NCBI GenBank assembly: GCA_028278065.1
Contig: JANQFA010000193.1
Span: forward strand, 2,940 to 66,939
Length of the DNA: 64,000 nucleotides
Origin: Myxococcota bacterium
GTDB lineage: Bacteria; Myxococcota_A; UBA9160; JAFDET01
Reading direction: 5' to 3'
Position 1 is the stretch's first letter. Each line of letters begins with the position of its first letter. This document shows, in pieces, positions 9,723 through 21,492 of the stretch. Both the position numbers and the translations under genes were made by a program. A model generated the notes under the pieces. It had not been told where the DNA came from, made no database searches, and saw nothing but the letters and a program-made list of their open reading frames with translations.

Positions 9723-10601
9723 CTAGCCGGCCAGCTCGGGTGCGGCCTTGGCGAGGGTCTCGCCGATGGCCGCCGGCGAGCGCGCCACGGCAACCCCCGC
9801 CGCCTCCAGTGCCGCGATCTTGTCGCTCGCGCGGCCCTTGCCGCCCGCGATGATGGCGCCGGCGTGACCCATGCGCTTGCCGGGCGGAGCATTCTGCCCG
9901 GCGATGAAGCCGACGACCGGCTTGGACATGTTCGACTGCACGAACTCGGCGGCCTCCTCCTCGGCCGAGCCGCCGATCTCGCCGATCATGACCACCGCCT
10001 TCGTCTCCGCGTCCGCCTCGAAGAGCTCGAGCGCGTCGATGAAGTTGGTTCCGATGACCGGATCGCCACCGATCCCGAGGCAGGTACTCTGGCCGATCCC
10101 CAGCCGCGAGAGCTGGTCGACCGCCTCGTAGGTGAGCGTGCCGGAGCGCGAGACCACGCCCACCGGACCCGGCCGCGTGATCTGCGCCGGCATGATGCCG
10201 ATGCGGCACTGCTCCGGCACCACCACGCCCGGGCAGTTCGGCCCGACCAGGCGCGTCGCGCTCTCGCGCAACGCGGTCTTGGCGCGCACCATGTCCAGTG
10301 CCGGGATGCCCTCGGTGATGCACACCGTGAGGGACAGGCCGGCGTCGGCCGCCTCCAGGATGGCGTCGGCGGCGCCGGGCGGCGGCACGAAGATCACCGA
10401 GGCATCCGCTCCGGTCTCGGCCACCGCCTGGCCGACCGTGTCGAAGACCGGGATCCCGTCGATCTCGCTTCCGCCGCGCCCGGGATGGACCCCGCCCACG
10501 ACCTGGGTTCCATACTCGACCGAGAGGCCCGCGTGGAACTGGCCCATGCGGCCCATGCCCTGGACGAGGAGCTTCGTCTCCTTGCTCGCGAGAATCGCCA
10601 C
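9723..10601 (-). CDS. sucD: Succinyl-CoA synthetase alpha subunit
   Basis: [37 protein letters not shown]. Confidence 0.95.
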   Translation of the reverse strand: MAILASKETKLLVQGMGRMGQFHAGLSVEYGTQVVGGVHPGRGGSEIDGIPVFDTVGQAVAETGADASVIFVPPPGAADAILEAADAGLSLTVCITEGIPALDMVRAKTALRESATRLVGPNCPGVVVPEQCRIGIMPAQITRPGPVGVVSRSGTLTYEAVDQLSRLGIGQSTCLGIGGDPVIGTNFIDALELFEADAETKAVVMIGEIGGSAEEEAAEFVQSNMSKPVVGFIAGQNAPPGKRMGHAGAIIAGGKGRASDKIAALEAAGVAVARSPAAIGETLAKAAPELAG

Positions 10602-10606
10602 GTCGC

Positions 10607-11770
10607 CTACCCCCGCGCCGCTGCCACGGCCTTCTCGCCCGCTTCCTGCAGCGTATCGGCCGGAATGATGGAGAGGTCGGAGTCGGCCAGAATCTGGCGG
10701 CCCTCCTCCGAGTTGGTTCCCTGCAGGCGCACCACGAGGGGTACCGAGAGGCCCATCTCCTGGGCGCCAGCCACCACGCCCTCGGCGATCAGATCGCAGC
10801 GCACGATCCCGCCGAAGATGTTCACCATGATGGCCTTCACGTTCTCGTCTTCGAGGATCAGCTTGAACGCGGCCACGACCTTGTCCTTGTCCACGCCACC
10901 GCCGCAGTCGAGGAAGTTGGCCGGAGCTCCTCCGCACACGGTGATCATGTCGAGGGTCGCCATCGCCAGGCCGGCCCCGTTCACCATGCAGCCGATGTCC
11001 CCGTCCAGGCCCACGTAGGCCAGATCGATCTCCTTGGCGGCGCGCTCGCGCGCGTCCTCTTCCTCGGGGTCGTAGAGCTCCGCCACGTCCGGATGCCGAT
11101 AGAGCGCGCTGTCGTCGAAGTTGAGCTTGCAGTCGAGCGCGAAGATGTCCCCGTCCTCGGTCACCACCAGCGGATTCACCTCGGCGAGCGAGCAGTCCTT
11201 CTCGACGAAGAGGCGGTAGAGTCCGTGCAGGAAGGCATCGAACTTCTTGACCTGGTCGGCGTCCAGCCCGAGGCCGAAGCCGATCTTGCGCGCCTGGTAG
11301 GACTGCAGTCCCAGGTTGGGATCGACCGGCTCGGTGAGGATCTTCTCGGGCGTCTTCGCGGCGACCTCCTCGATGTCCATCCCGCCCTCGGTAGAGGCGA
11401 TCACGGCCAGCTTCTCGGTGGCGCGATCGAGCAGGACGGCCAGGTAGAGCTCGCGCGCGATCTTCGAGCCCGACTCCACGTAGACCGAGCGCACGAGCTT
11501 GCCTTCGGCACCGGTCTGGTGGGTCACGAGGGTCATCCCGAGGATCTCGCTCGCCGCCGTCTTGGCTTCGGCAGGGGACTTCGCCAGCTTGATCCCGCCG
11601 CCCTTGCCGCGGCCACCCGCGTGCACCTGGGCCTTGACCACGACCACCTCGCTGCCGAGTGCACGCGCCGCCGCCTCGGCCTCGGCGGGGGTGGTGGCCA
11701 GCTGACCTTCGGGCACGGCCACCCCGTACTGCCGCAGGAGCTCCTTCGCCTGGTATTCGTGGACGTTCAT
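10607..11770 (-). CDS. sucC: Succinyl-CoA synthetase beta subunit
   Basis: [49 protein letters not shown]. Confidence 0.97.
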   Translation of the reverse strand: MNVHEYQAKELLRQYGVAVPEGQLATTPAEAEAAARALGSEVVVVKAQVHAGGRGKGGGIKLAKSPAEAKTAASEILGMTLVTHQTGAEGKLVRSVYVESGSKIARELYLAVLLDRATEKLAVIASTEGGMDIEEVAAKTPEKILTEPVDPNLGLQSYQARKIGFGLGLDADQVKKFDAFLHGLYRLFVEKDCSLAEVNPLVVTEDGDIFALDCKLNFDDSALYRHPDVAELYDPEEEDARERAAKEIDLAYVGLDGDIGCMVNGAGLAMATLDMITVCGGAPANFLDCGGGVDKDKVVAAFKLILEDENVKAIMVNIFGGIVRCDLIAEGVVAGAQEMGLSVPLVVRLQGTNSEEGRQILADSDLSIIPADTLQEAGEKAVAAARG

Positions 11771-11795
11771 CGGGTCCTTCCGGCTGCTGGCTGGA

Positions 11796-13986
<2,191 letters not shown>

Positions 13987-14024
13987 GGCGCCCGGTGGAT
14001 ACCCGATTCGCGGGCCTCCTGCCA

Positions 14025-14486
14025 TCAGGACGAGGCGTCGTCCCCGAGGGTGCCGAGGGCTGTCTGCACGCGCGCGATGGGAATGTGCGCCGGGCAGCGG
14101 AGCTCGCAGGCACGGCACGCGTCGCAGCTCCCCGTTCCCCCCTCGAGACCCAGACGACGCACGTCGATCTCGAGACGGATGGCGGCCAGGACGGCGTCGC
14201 GCGGATCGAGGGCCGGCCGACCCGCCGCCTGGGCGCAGGCGCCGGAGCAGAGTCCGCAGGCCAGACAGGCCTGCGCGGCGTTCTGCAGCTCGCGCAGCTC
14301 GGCGCGCGGGCGGCGCACGCCGTCGGCGGCATAGCTCTCCAGGAAGAGCGCTTCCGAGTCCACGTCGGGACGCCGGCGTGTCCACTGGCGCAGGACGTGG
14401 CGGCCACCCACGCTGAGCTGGAGCACCAGGGCGCGCAGGGAGCCCGTGCGCCGGAACTCGCGCAGAAAGCCGCGGTAGCCCCTCAC
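14025..14486 (-). CDS. Short 2x[4Fe-4S] ferredoxin-type protein in the glpC position
   Basis: [11 protein letters not shown] and [12 protein letters not shown]; GTG start overlaps the glpB stop (GTGA); 153 aa. Confidence 0.7.
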   Translation of the reverse strand: MRGYRGFLREFRRTGSLRALVLQLSVGGRHVLRQWTRRRPDVDSEALFLESYAADGVRRPRAELRELQNAAQACLACGLCSGACAQAAGRPALDPRDAVLAAIRLEIDVRRLGLEGGTGSCDACRACELRCPAHIPIARVQTALGTLGDDASS

Positions 14487-15850
14487 CGCACCGCCTCCGA
14501 GGCGAGCAGCGCCGCTTCGAGGCCGGCGCGGCGTCCGGAGAGCAGCGCGAAGCCGAGCCCCGTGCGCTGCAGGGCGGGGTCGAAGCCGCTCACGATCTCT
14601 CCCGCCGCCACCAGGTTGGGCGCCGCCACGTCTCCGCCCGCGCCGAGCGGACGGAGACGGCCGTCCACGCGCACGCCCGCCGTGAACAGGGGCTGGGGAT
14701 CGCCGAAGCGGCGACGCAGGTGACGGCGGGCGGGGCCGCCGTCGAGTCGCCGGCCGCGGTCGTCGTAGACCGGGAGCCCGAGCAGTGCTTCCCCGAAGGC
14801 CTCTTCCTCCTCGCGCAGGCCCCCTCCGACGAAGCGTCCGGTGGCCAGGACCACCGCGTCGGCGGGAAGACTCTCGTGTCCGTCTTCGTCGGCGACGACC
14901 ACGGTGTCCGCGCGCCCGAAGGGCGTTCCGATCGACTCGGCGCGAGCGCGACGCACCAAGACCCCCGCGCCTTCGAGCGCTGCGCCCAGGGCGCGGTCCA
15001 GACGGAGCCCGGCCGGGCTCCAGGGCGGCGCGCCCAGGAGCTCGGCCACACGCCCGCCGCAGGAGTCCTCGAGGGTCGCGCGCAGCGCGCCGGTCCGAAG
15101 CAGCCCCAGGATCGGCGGGAAGAGGATCAAGCGACCCTCTCCTCCGAGCGGCGCCACCTTTGCGGCGAGCGCCTCGGCGGCGGACGGATCGTCGAGTGCT
15201 CCGGCCAGGCGCGCGGGCGACGCGGCCAGCTCGGCGAGCGCCTGGGGCAGATCGAGACGTGCGACCCGGATCGAGGGGCCGGGGACACCGAGCGCATCCA
15301 GCTCGGCACGCAGCGCGCGCGCCACCGCGTTCGGCGAGAAGCCCGCCAGACCGGGGACGTCCACGACCACGGCGCCTTCGCCGCGCCCCAGGTCGCCCGC
15401 AGCCGCCTCGGCCAGCGCGAAGTCCGCCACCCGGATCGCGCCACGCACGTTGGCCAGGAGTCGGCTCTCGTCGAGGCTGCCCACGAGCGTGACGCCATGG
15501 GGCCGCAGCTCGCCCGACAGGACGTCCAGCGCCTGCTTGATGTCGGGGACGGCGCGGCCGACGTCGCGTTCGGGAAAGAGCACGCCGTAGGGATGGGCGG
15601 GCCGGCTGTTGAGCAGGTAGGCGACGCGCTCGGCCGGACCGAGGGGCTGGTCGCGCACGGGGTCGCGCCACGGCAGGCCCGAGCGATCCGGGGACGCGCT
15701 GGCGACGTCGATCGTCCCCCAGCACATCCCCGTCGCGCCCGGACCGCTGCGCACGAGTGTCGTCGCCAGACCCTGGCGGGCCAGGGTCAGGGCCGCGACC
15801 GAACCCGCCATGCCGCCTCCGATCACGACCGCGCGGCGCGCGCTCGTCAC
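14483..15850 (-). CDS. glpB: Anaerobic glycerol-3-phosphate dehydrogenase subunit B-like FAD protein
   Basis: [54 protein letters not shown]; follows glpA. Confidence 0.75.
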   Translation of the reverse strand: MTSARRAVVIGGGMAGSVAALTLARQGLATTLVRSGPGATGMCWGTIDVASASPDRSGLPWRDPVRDQPLGPAERVAYLLNSRPAHPYGVLFPERDVGRAVPDIKQALDVLSGELRPHGVTLVGSLDESRLLANVRGAIRVADFALAEAAAGDLGRGEGAVVVDVPGLAGFSPNAVARALRAELDALGVPGPSIRVARLDLPQALAELAASPARLAGALDDPSAAEALAAKVAPLGGEGRLILFPPILGLLRTGALRATLEDSCGGRVAELLGAPPWSPAGLRLDRALGAALEGAGVLVRRARAESIGTPFGRADTVVVADEDGHESLPADAVVLATGRFVGGGLREEEEAFGEALLGLPVYDDRGRRLDGGPARRHLRRRFGDPQPLFTAGVRVDGRLRPLGAGGDVAAPNLVAAGEIVSGFDPALQRTGLGFALLSGRRAGLEAALLASEAVR

Positions 15851-15916
15851 GGACCGCTCTCCCACGCCGGCGATGCGCCCCTCACGGACCGCTCTCCGAC
15901 GCCGGGGACGCGCTCC
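15847..15916. repeat. Two-copy 35-bp imperfect direct repeat at the glpA/glpB junction
   Basis: tcacggaccgctctcccacgccggcgatgcgcccc / tcacggaccgctctccgacgccggggacgcgctcc (4 mismatches). Confidence 0.85.
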
Positions 15917-15943
15917 TCTCCGGGCCTGGGCGCGGGACGCCCA

Positions 15944-17596
15944 TCATGGCCGACTCACCGTTCCGGGCGGCGGCGCACTCCAGGGCCGGGCTCCGCGATG
16001 GACGGCCCGGTGCACCTCCGCCGCCGCGAGCTGCGACCCCGCCAGCGCCGGGCGCAACGCGCGCCAGCGCTCGCCGGCGAACTCCGCCACCTCGGCCGCC
16101 GCCCGTTCGGCGCTCCAGCCGAGCGCCTCGCCCACGACCTCCGCGGCCGCCCCCGCGCAGGCGGCCCCCTGACAGGCCCCCACACCCAGGCGCACGCGGG
16201 CCGAGCAGTCGGTGAGCTTGCCCAGGCCTTCGCTGCGCGCGACGTGAGCGAGCTCGGCATCCGTCACCGGCTCGCACGCGCACACCACGTGCGGCCGCGG
16301 GCGCGCCGCGAGCACGCGCGCGGCGCGGGATCCGTGCCGGAACGCGACGCGCAGGATCGCCGGCCAGTCCGTTCGGAAGCGGCGCGCCAGCGCACCCACG
16401 TCCGGCCACTCGTCTCCGCCCGGTAGCGGCGTGTCCGCGGTGCGACACACCTCCTCGACGCCGAGGGCGGCGCAGATCCGGTCGCTCGCGTCTTCCGCCA
16501 TCAGCCGGTAGGCGGCCAGCTTCCCGCCCGCGAGGCTCCAGAAGCCGGGCACGCCCTGCCGGGTCCCGTGGTCGATCACGGCGTAGTCGCGCGAGAGCTC
16601 GTCCTCGTAGAGCCCGAACCCGTAGAGGGTGGGCCGCACCCCGGCCAGGGTGTGGATGACGCGGTGTCGGCGGATCCCGGGAATCGAGCGATCCATTGCC
16701 TCCAGGACGTAGCGGACCTCGTCCTCCGTCACCTCGAGACGGTCGAGGTCGCCGTAGAAGTCGTCGTCGGTCGTCCCCGCCATGCTGTTCTGTTCGTGCG
16801 GGAAGGTGAACATGTCGCGGCCGTCGATGCCGCGGGCGTAGATCGCCACGTCCGAGACGCGCCGCTCGAACACCAGGTGGATTCCCTTGGCGGGACGCAG
16901 GCGCAGCTCCGCCCCCGCCAGGGCGGCCAGCTGCGACGCCCAGGGACCGGTGCAGTTGAGGGTGATCTCGGCCTCGATGTTGCGCTCCTCGCCGCTCAGC
17001 CGATCGCGGACCCGCGCCCCCCGCACCCTCCCGCTGCCGCCCTCGCGCAGCAGCTCGCGCACCTCCGTGTGGGTGTGGACCTCGGCGCCGCGCTCGGCGG
17101 CGTCGAGGGCGTTGAGAGCGACGAGGCGCGGCGCATCGACACCCCACTCGTCCAGGCTGAAGGCGCAGTCGATGCGCGGAGAGAGCGCGGGCTCGAGGCG
17201 CAGCGCCTGCTCGCGGGTCAGCCGGGTGTGGGGCCGCCCGTTCTTGAGCGGCTGGAAGCGGTCGTACATCTCGAGGCCCACCTCGACCAGCTCGGGTCCG
17301 ATGGGGTCCTCCGGGAAGACGGGCATCAGGAAGGGGATCCGGAAGATCAGGTGCGGCGCGATCCGCTGGATCGCGCCGGAGTCTGCGCACGAGTGCTGGG
17401 TGACCTCCGGGTCCATCTGCAGATAGCGCAGTCCACCGTGGATCATCCCCGAAGACGCCCAGGTGGTTCCGGTCCCGAACTCGCCCTTCTCCACCAGCGC
17501 GACGCGCACCCCGCGCAGCGCGAGGTCACGCGCCACCCCCGCGCCGTTGATCCCGCCGCCCACGATCAGGACCTGGAAGGCGGCGCTGGCGCTCAC
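15944..17596 (-). CDS. glpA: Glycerol-3-phosphate dehydrogenase subunit A (FAD, C-terminal BFD-like [2Fe-2S] domain)
   Basis: VGGGINGAG, SSGMIHGGLRYL, PAKGIHLV, AGVRP, GGKLAAYRLMAE, CACEPV...GACQGAAC. Confidence 0.85.
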   Translation of the reverse strand: MSASAAFQVLIVGGGINGAGVARDLALRGVRVALVEKGEFGTGTTWASSGMIHGGLRYLQMDPEVTQHSCADSGAIQRIAPHLIFRIPFLMPVFPEDPIGPELVEVGLEMYDRFQPLKNGRPHTRLTREQALRLEPALSPRIDCAFSLDEWGVDAPRLVALNALDAAERGAEVHTHTEVRELLREGGSGRVRGARVRDRLSGEERNIEAEITLNCTGPWASQLAALAGAELRLRPAKGIHLVFERRVSDVAIYARGIDGRDMFTFPHEQNSMAGTTDDDFYGDLDRLEVTEDEVRYVLEAMDRSIPGIRRHRVIHTLAGVRPTLYGFGLYEDELSRDYAVIDHGTRQGVPGFWSLAGGKLAAYRLMAEDASDRICAALGVEEVCRTADTPLPGGDEWPDVGALARRFRTDWPAILRVAFRHGSRAARVLAARPRPHVVCACEPVTDAELAHVARSEGLGKLTDCSARVRLGVGACQGAACAGAAAEVVGEALGWSAERAAAEVAEFAGERWRALRPALAGSQLAAAEVHRAVHRGARPWSAPPPGTVSRP

Positions 17597-18042
17597 CGGG
17601 AGAGCAGCTCCTGGGCCTTCTCACGCACCTGCCTGCGCTCGCCCGGCGCCACCGTGGGGATCTCGAGTGACTGCCCCGGATGAAGAGCATCCGGGTCCTT
17701 GATCTGGTCGCGGTTGGCGCGGAACAGGGCCGGCCAGAGCGACGCATCGCCGAGGGCCTCGGCGGCGATGGTCCAGAGCGTCTCGCCCGGCCGGACCACG
17801 TGGATCTCTCCGGACCGCACCCGCCCCTCGACGGCCGCCTCGGCCTCTACAGGCCGCCCCCCGACGGCCGCCTCGGCCTCTACAGGCCGCCCCTCGACGG
17901 CCGCCTCGGCCTCTACAGGCCGCCCCCCGACGGCCGCCTCGGCTTCTACAGGCCGCCCCCCGACGGCGTCCTCGGCCTGCAGCGCCGCCCCCGAGACCAG
18001 GAGCGCCGCGCCGGCCACCCCCGCCACGAGGGTACGGCTCAA
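17593..18042 (-). CDS. Secreted LysM peptidoglycan-binding protein with 11-aa tandem repeats
   Basis: HVVRPGETLWTIA...WPALFRANRDQIKDPDALHPGQSLEIP; signal peptide. Confidence 0.85.
   Translation of the reverse strand: MSRTLVAGVAGAALLVSGAALQAEDAVGGRPVEAEAAVGGRPVEAEAAVEGRPVEAEAAVGGRPVEAEAAVEGRVRSGEIHVVRPGETLWTIAAEALGDASLWPALFRANRDQIKDPDALHPGQSLEIPTVAPGERRQVREKAQELLSR
17821..17977. repeat. 33-bp in-frame tandem repeat (~4.7 copies) in the LysM gene
   Basis: ccgccc(c/t)cgacggccgcctcggcctctacagg-type units encoding V(G/E)GRPVEAEAA. Confidence 0.9.
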
Positions 18043-19850
18043 GAGCCCGGCTTCCGCACCCGCAGCGACAGCTCCTGGAGCTGCGCAGGCGGGATCGCGC
18101 TGGGCGCCTCGAGGAAGGCGTCTTGTCCGCGCTGGGTCTTCGGGAAGGCGATCACGTCGCGCAGGCTGCTTCCGCCGGCCATCAGCATGACGAGGCGATC
18201 GAAGCCGTAGGCGAACCCGCCGTGGGGTGGCGCGCCCGCGTCCAGGGCGTTCAGCAGGAAGCCGAAGCGCTCCTCCATCTCCTGCTTGCCGTAGCCCAGC
18301 ACCTCGAGAACTCTGCGCTGCACGTCGCTGCGATGGTTGCGCAGGCTACCCGACCCGAGCTCGACGCCGTTGCAGATGAGGTCGTAGTGAGTGGCGCGCA
18401 CGGAGTGCGGATCGCTCTCGAGGAGGGGGATGTCCTCGTCCATCGGCGCGACGAAGGGCATGTGGGCGTAGGTCAGCGAGCCGTCCTCTGCACTCTCGAA
18501 GAGCGGGAAGTCCACGACGAACAGCACGTCCCAGGGGCGATCCTCCACGCGACCGAGCCGGTGACCGAGGTCGTCGCGCAGGCGCGCCAGGATGGCGTTG
18601 GCACGCGGCGCCGTGTCGGCCTGGAAGAAGAGAAGCGAGCCCGCACGTGCCCCGCTGCGCTCGGCGATCGTCTCGCGCTCGGCATCGCTGAAGAACTTGA
18701 CGATGGGCGACTGCCAGGTGCCGTCCCCGGTGACGCGCACCCAGGCCAGGCCGCGCGCGCCCAGCTCCTTCTTCGCAAAGGCCTCCAGGCGATCCACGTC
18801 TCCTCGGGAGAGCGCATCGGCCTCGTGGATCGGCAGGCACTTCACGATGCCACCGTCCTCGACCGCGCCGCGGAAGGCGCGGAACTCGCTTGCGGCGAAG
18901 ACGTCGGTGAGGTCGACCAGCTCGAACGGAATGCGCGTGTCGGGCCGGTCGATTCCGTAGCGATCCATGCACTCCCGGTAGCCGAGACGGCGGAAGGGGC
19001 GCGGCAGGGCGACCTCCAGCACGTCCTCGAACGCACGCGCAGTCACCTCCTCGAGGACGTCCAGGACATCGTCCACGCCCACGAAGGCCATCTCCAGGTC
19101 CACCTGGGTGAACTCGAACTGACGGTCTGCACGCAGGTCTTCGTCGCGGAAGCAGTGGGCGATCTGGTAGTAGCGCTCGAAGCCTCCGATGATGAGGAGC
19201 TGCTTCAGGAGCTGCGGGGACTGCGGCAACGCGTAGAACTCGCCGGGATGCATGCGACTCGGAACCAGGAAGTCGCGGGCGCCCTCGGGCGTGGCCTTGG
19301 CGAGGATCGGGGTCTCGATGTCCACGAAGTCGAGCCCCGCCAGGGTGCTGCGAACCGAGCGGGTGAGGGCGTCGCGCAGGCGCAGGGCGCGCTGCAGCGG
19401 GGGGCGACGCAGGTCGTGGATGCGATGACGCAGGCGCACCGGCTCCTCGGCTTCCACCTCCTCCTCGATCGGGAAGGGCGGCGGAACCGCGATGTTCAGC
19501 ATGCGCAGCTCGGAGACGGAGATCTCCACCTCGCCTGTCGGGAGGTTGGGGTTGATCGTCTCCTGGGAGCGGCGCTCCACCACGCCCTTGGCCAGGATCA
19601 CGAACTCCCCGCGCAGCTGGTGGGCGCGCCGGTGGGCCTCGGGCTGCACGTCGGGCCGGAAGACCACCTGGACGAGCCCGCTGGCGTCGCGCAGGTCCAC
19701 GAAGATCACGCCGCCGTGGTCGCGGCGGTGGTGGACCCAGCCCGTCACGACGACCTCGCGGCCGACATGGTCGGGCCGCAGGTCGTTGCAGGGGTGGGTT
19801 CGGCGCAGGGCACCGAGGCCGTCGAGCTGCACGGCGTCGCTGGAGGACAA
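18039..19850 (-). CDS. aspS: Aspartate--tRNA ligase (possibly non-discriminating)
   Basis: RRDHGGVIFVDLRD, TPEGARDFLVPSR, YALPQSPQL, CFRDEDLRADRQ, PPHGG, DVIAFPKT. Confidence 0.97.
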   Translation of the reverse strand: MSSSDAVQLDGLGALRRTHPCNDLRPDHVGREVVVTGWVHHRRDHGGVIFVDLRDASGLVQVVFRPDVQPEAHRRAHQLRGEFVILAKGVVERRSQETINPNLPTGEVEISVSELRMLNIAVPPPFPIEEEVEAEEPVRLRHRIHDLRRPPLQRALRLRDALTRSVRSTLAGLDFVDIETPILAKATPEGARDFLVPSRMHPGEFYALPQSPQLLKQLLIIGGFERYYQIAHCFRDEDLRADRQFEFTQVDLEMAFVGVDDVLDVLEEVTARAFEDVLEVALPRPFRRLGYRECMDRYGIDRPDTRIPFELVDLTDVFAASEFRAFRGAVEDGGIVKCLPIHEADALSRGDVDRLEAFAKKELGARGLAWVRVTGDGTWQSPIVKFFSDAERETIAERSGARAGSLLFFQADTAPRANAILARLRDDLGHRLGRVEDRPWDVLFVVDFPLFESAEDGSLTYAHMPFVAPMDEDIPLLESDPHSVRATHYDLICNGVELGSGSLRNHRSDVQRRVLEVLGYGKQEMEERFGFLLNALDAGAPPHGGFAYGFDRLVMLMAGGSSLRDVIAFPKTQRGQDAFLEAPSAIPPAQLQELSLRVRKPGS

Positions 19851-19900
19851 TGAAAAACCTCAGGGAATTCGTGCGGTTGGTAGCACGGAGGGCGCCGCCG

Positions 19901-21307
19901 TCAATCCCGCGGGAGGTCTCCCAGATCGTTCGCGCTGCAGACCTTGTTGCGCCCGATCGACTTGGCCCGGTACATGGCCTTGTCCGAGAGATCCAGGAGC
20001 TCCTCGCGCGTGCGACCGTGGTCCGGGTAGGTGGCGACGCCGATCGAGAGCGAGAGCTGCATCGACTCACCGCGCCCCCCGTCGAACCAGGTGTCGGCCA
20101 CCGTCGCGCGGATGCGCTCGGCGATCTGCATGGCGTGGTCGTGTCCGGTATCGACGAGGAGGATCGTGAACTCGTCCCCGCCGTAGCGGGCCAGGGTGTC
20201 CACCTGGCGGACGCAGCCGGCCAGCACCCCGCCCAGCTGGCGCAGCGCCCGAGAGCCGACCAGGTGGCCGTAGCGGTCGTTCACCAGCTTGAAGCGGTCG
20301 AGGTCGAGAAAGAGCACCGAGAGGGGGTTTCCGTAGCGGTCGGCGCGCCGGATCTCGTGGTCGGCCGCCAGCAGGAGGTAGCGAACGTTGTAGAGCTCGG
20401 TGACGTCGTCGATGAACGCCTTCTCGCGAGCGCGGTGGTACTGCTCGGCGTTGCGCAGCGAGAGAGCCGCGTGGCCTGCGACGATGCGCGTGCGCTCGAG
20501 CTCGTTCTCGTCGGGCGGACGCCCCCCGTCCAGGACGAAGAGCACCCCCGACTCGCTCTCCTCGCCCGACACCGGAACCGCGAGGAGCCCCTCGACGTCG
20601 ATCCCCGCCTGCCGGAGCGCCGAGTGGACCGGACCACGGGAGCTGGTGCTCAGCTCGCGGAAGGCATCCACGTCCACCTGCTTCTCGTCCACCAGCAGGT
20701 TGTGGATGCGACTCTCCTCACCGTCGCTGAACCCGCGCAGGATCAGTGCGTCGGAGAGCGCGATGTTGGTGCGCCGGAAGAGCGCGAGGCCGCGTTCGCG
20801 CTTGAGGCTCTTCAGCAGGAGGTCGAGACCGACGGCGAAGACCTCGGCTGGATCGAGGCAGGTCGCCAGACCGCGGCAGGCCTCCACGGTCTGGAGCATG
20901 TCGCGCAGCCTCGTGTTCTCCTCCACCAGTGCGCGGCGGGCGAGGAGACGGCGCACCACCAGGACCAGCTCCTCGGCCTGGATGGGCTTGAGGAGGTAGT
21001 CGGCAGCGCCCATGCGCAGGGCACCGATGGCGCTCTCCACGGAGGCCTTGCCGGTCAGGAAGACGAAGTCGGTGCCGGGCGCCTCGCGGCGGATCCGCTC
21101 CAGGAGGTCGAGACCGGAGATGCCGGGCATGGTGAGGTCGGATACGACCAGGTCGGCACGCTCCCGGGCAAGAGCCGCCAGGGCCTCGTCTCCGCTGGCG
21201 CAGAGCTCGAGCCGGACCTCGGAGCGCAGCGCGTCGGCGGCGAGCTCCCGATCCATGCGGCTGTCGTCCACGACGACGACCCGCGGGCGCTGGGCCTCCC
21301 CCCTCAT
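19901..21307 (-). CDS. Diguanylate cyclase (REC-GAF-like-GGDEF)
   Basis: REC VVSDLTMPGISG; DLDRFKLVNDRYGHLVG; I-site RQVD and intact RYGGDEF. Confidence 0.9.
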   Translation of the reverse strand: MRGEAQRPRVVVVDDSRMDRELAADALRSEVRLELCASGDEALAALARERADLVVSDLTMPGISGLDLLERIRREAPGTDFVFLTGKASVESAIGALRMGAADYLLKPIQAEELVLVVRRLLARRALVEENTRLRDMLQTVEACRGLATCLDPAEVFAVGLDLLLKSLKRERGLALFRRTNIALSDALILRGFSDGEESRIHNLLVDEKQVDVDAFRELSTSSRGPVHSALRQAGIDVEGLLAVPVSGEESESGVLFVLDGGRPPDENELERTRIVAGHAALSLRNAEQYHRAREKAFIDDVTELYNVRYLLLAADHEIRRADRYGNPLSVLFLDLDRFKLVNDRYGHLVGSRALRQLGGVLAGCVRQVDTLARYGGDEFTILLVDTGHDHAMQIAERIRATVADTWFDGGRGESMQLSLSIGVATYPDHGRTREELLDLSDKAMYRAKSIGRNKVCSANDLGDLPRD

Positions 21308-21492
21308 CCCCTCTCCTGAGCCTTCCCGGCGCCACCCGCGCCCGGGAATCCACCTCTCGGATCGTCCTCGCGCGGAAGGCGCTTGAGGGCCGTGGTTGCG
21401 TGGCACTATACCCAGGGTGGGTTGTGGGGGCAGCGCAGGCGTCCGCCCGGCCACCGGCCCCATTCCCCGCGGGGGATAGCCTCGGAGGAGTC

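Noticed and set aside
17821-17977. 33-bp repeats as a possible CRISPR array
   Set aside because: Units are contiguous with no spacers, lie in frame within a CDS, and no cas genes are present.
21400-21420. TGGCAC as a sigma-54 -24 element upstream of the acyl-CoA synthetase
   Set aside because: There is no TTGC at the required -12 spacing.
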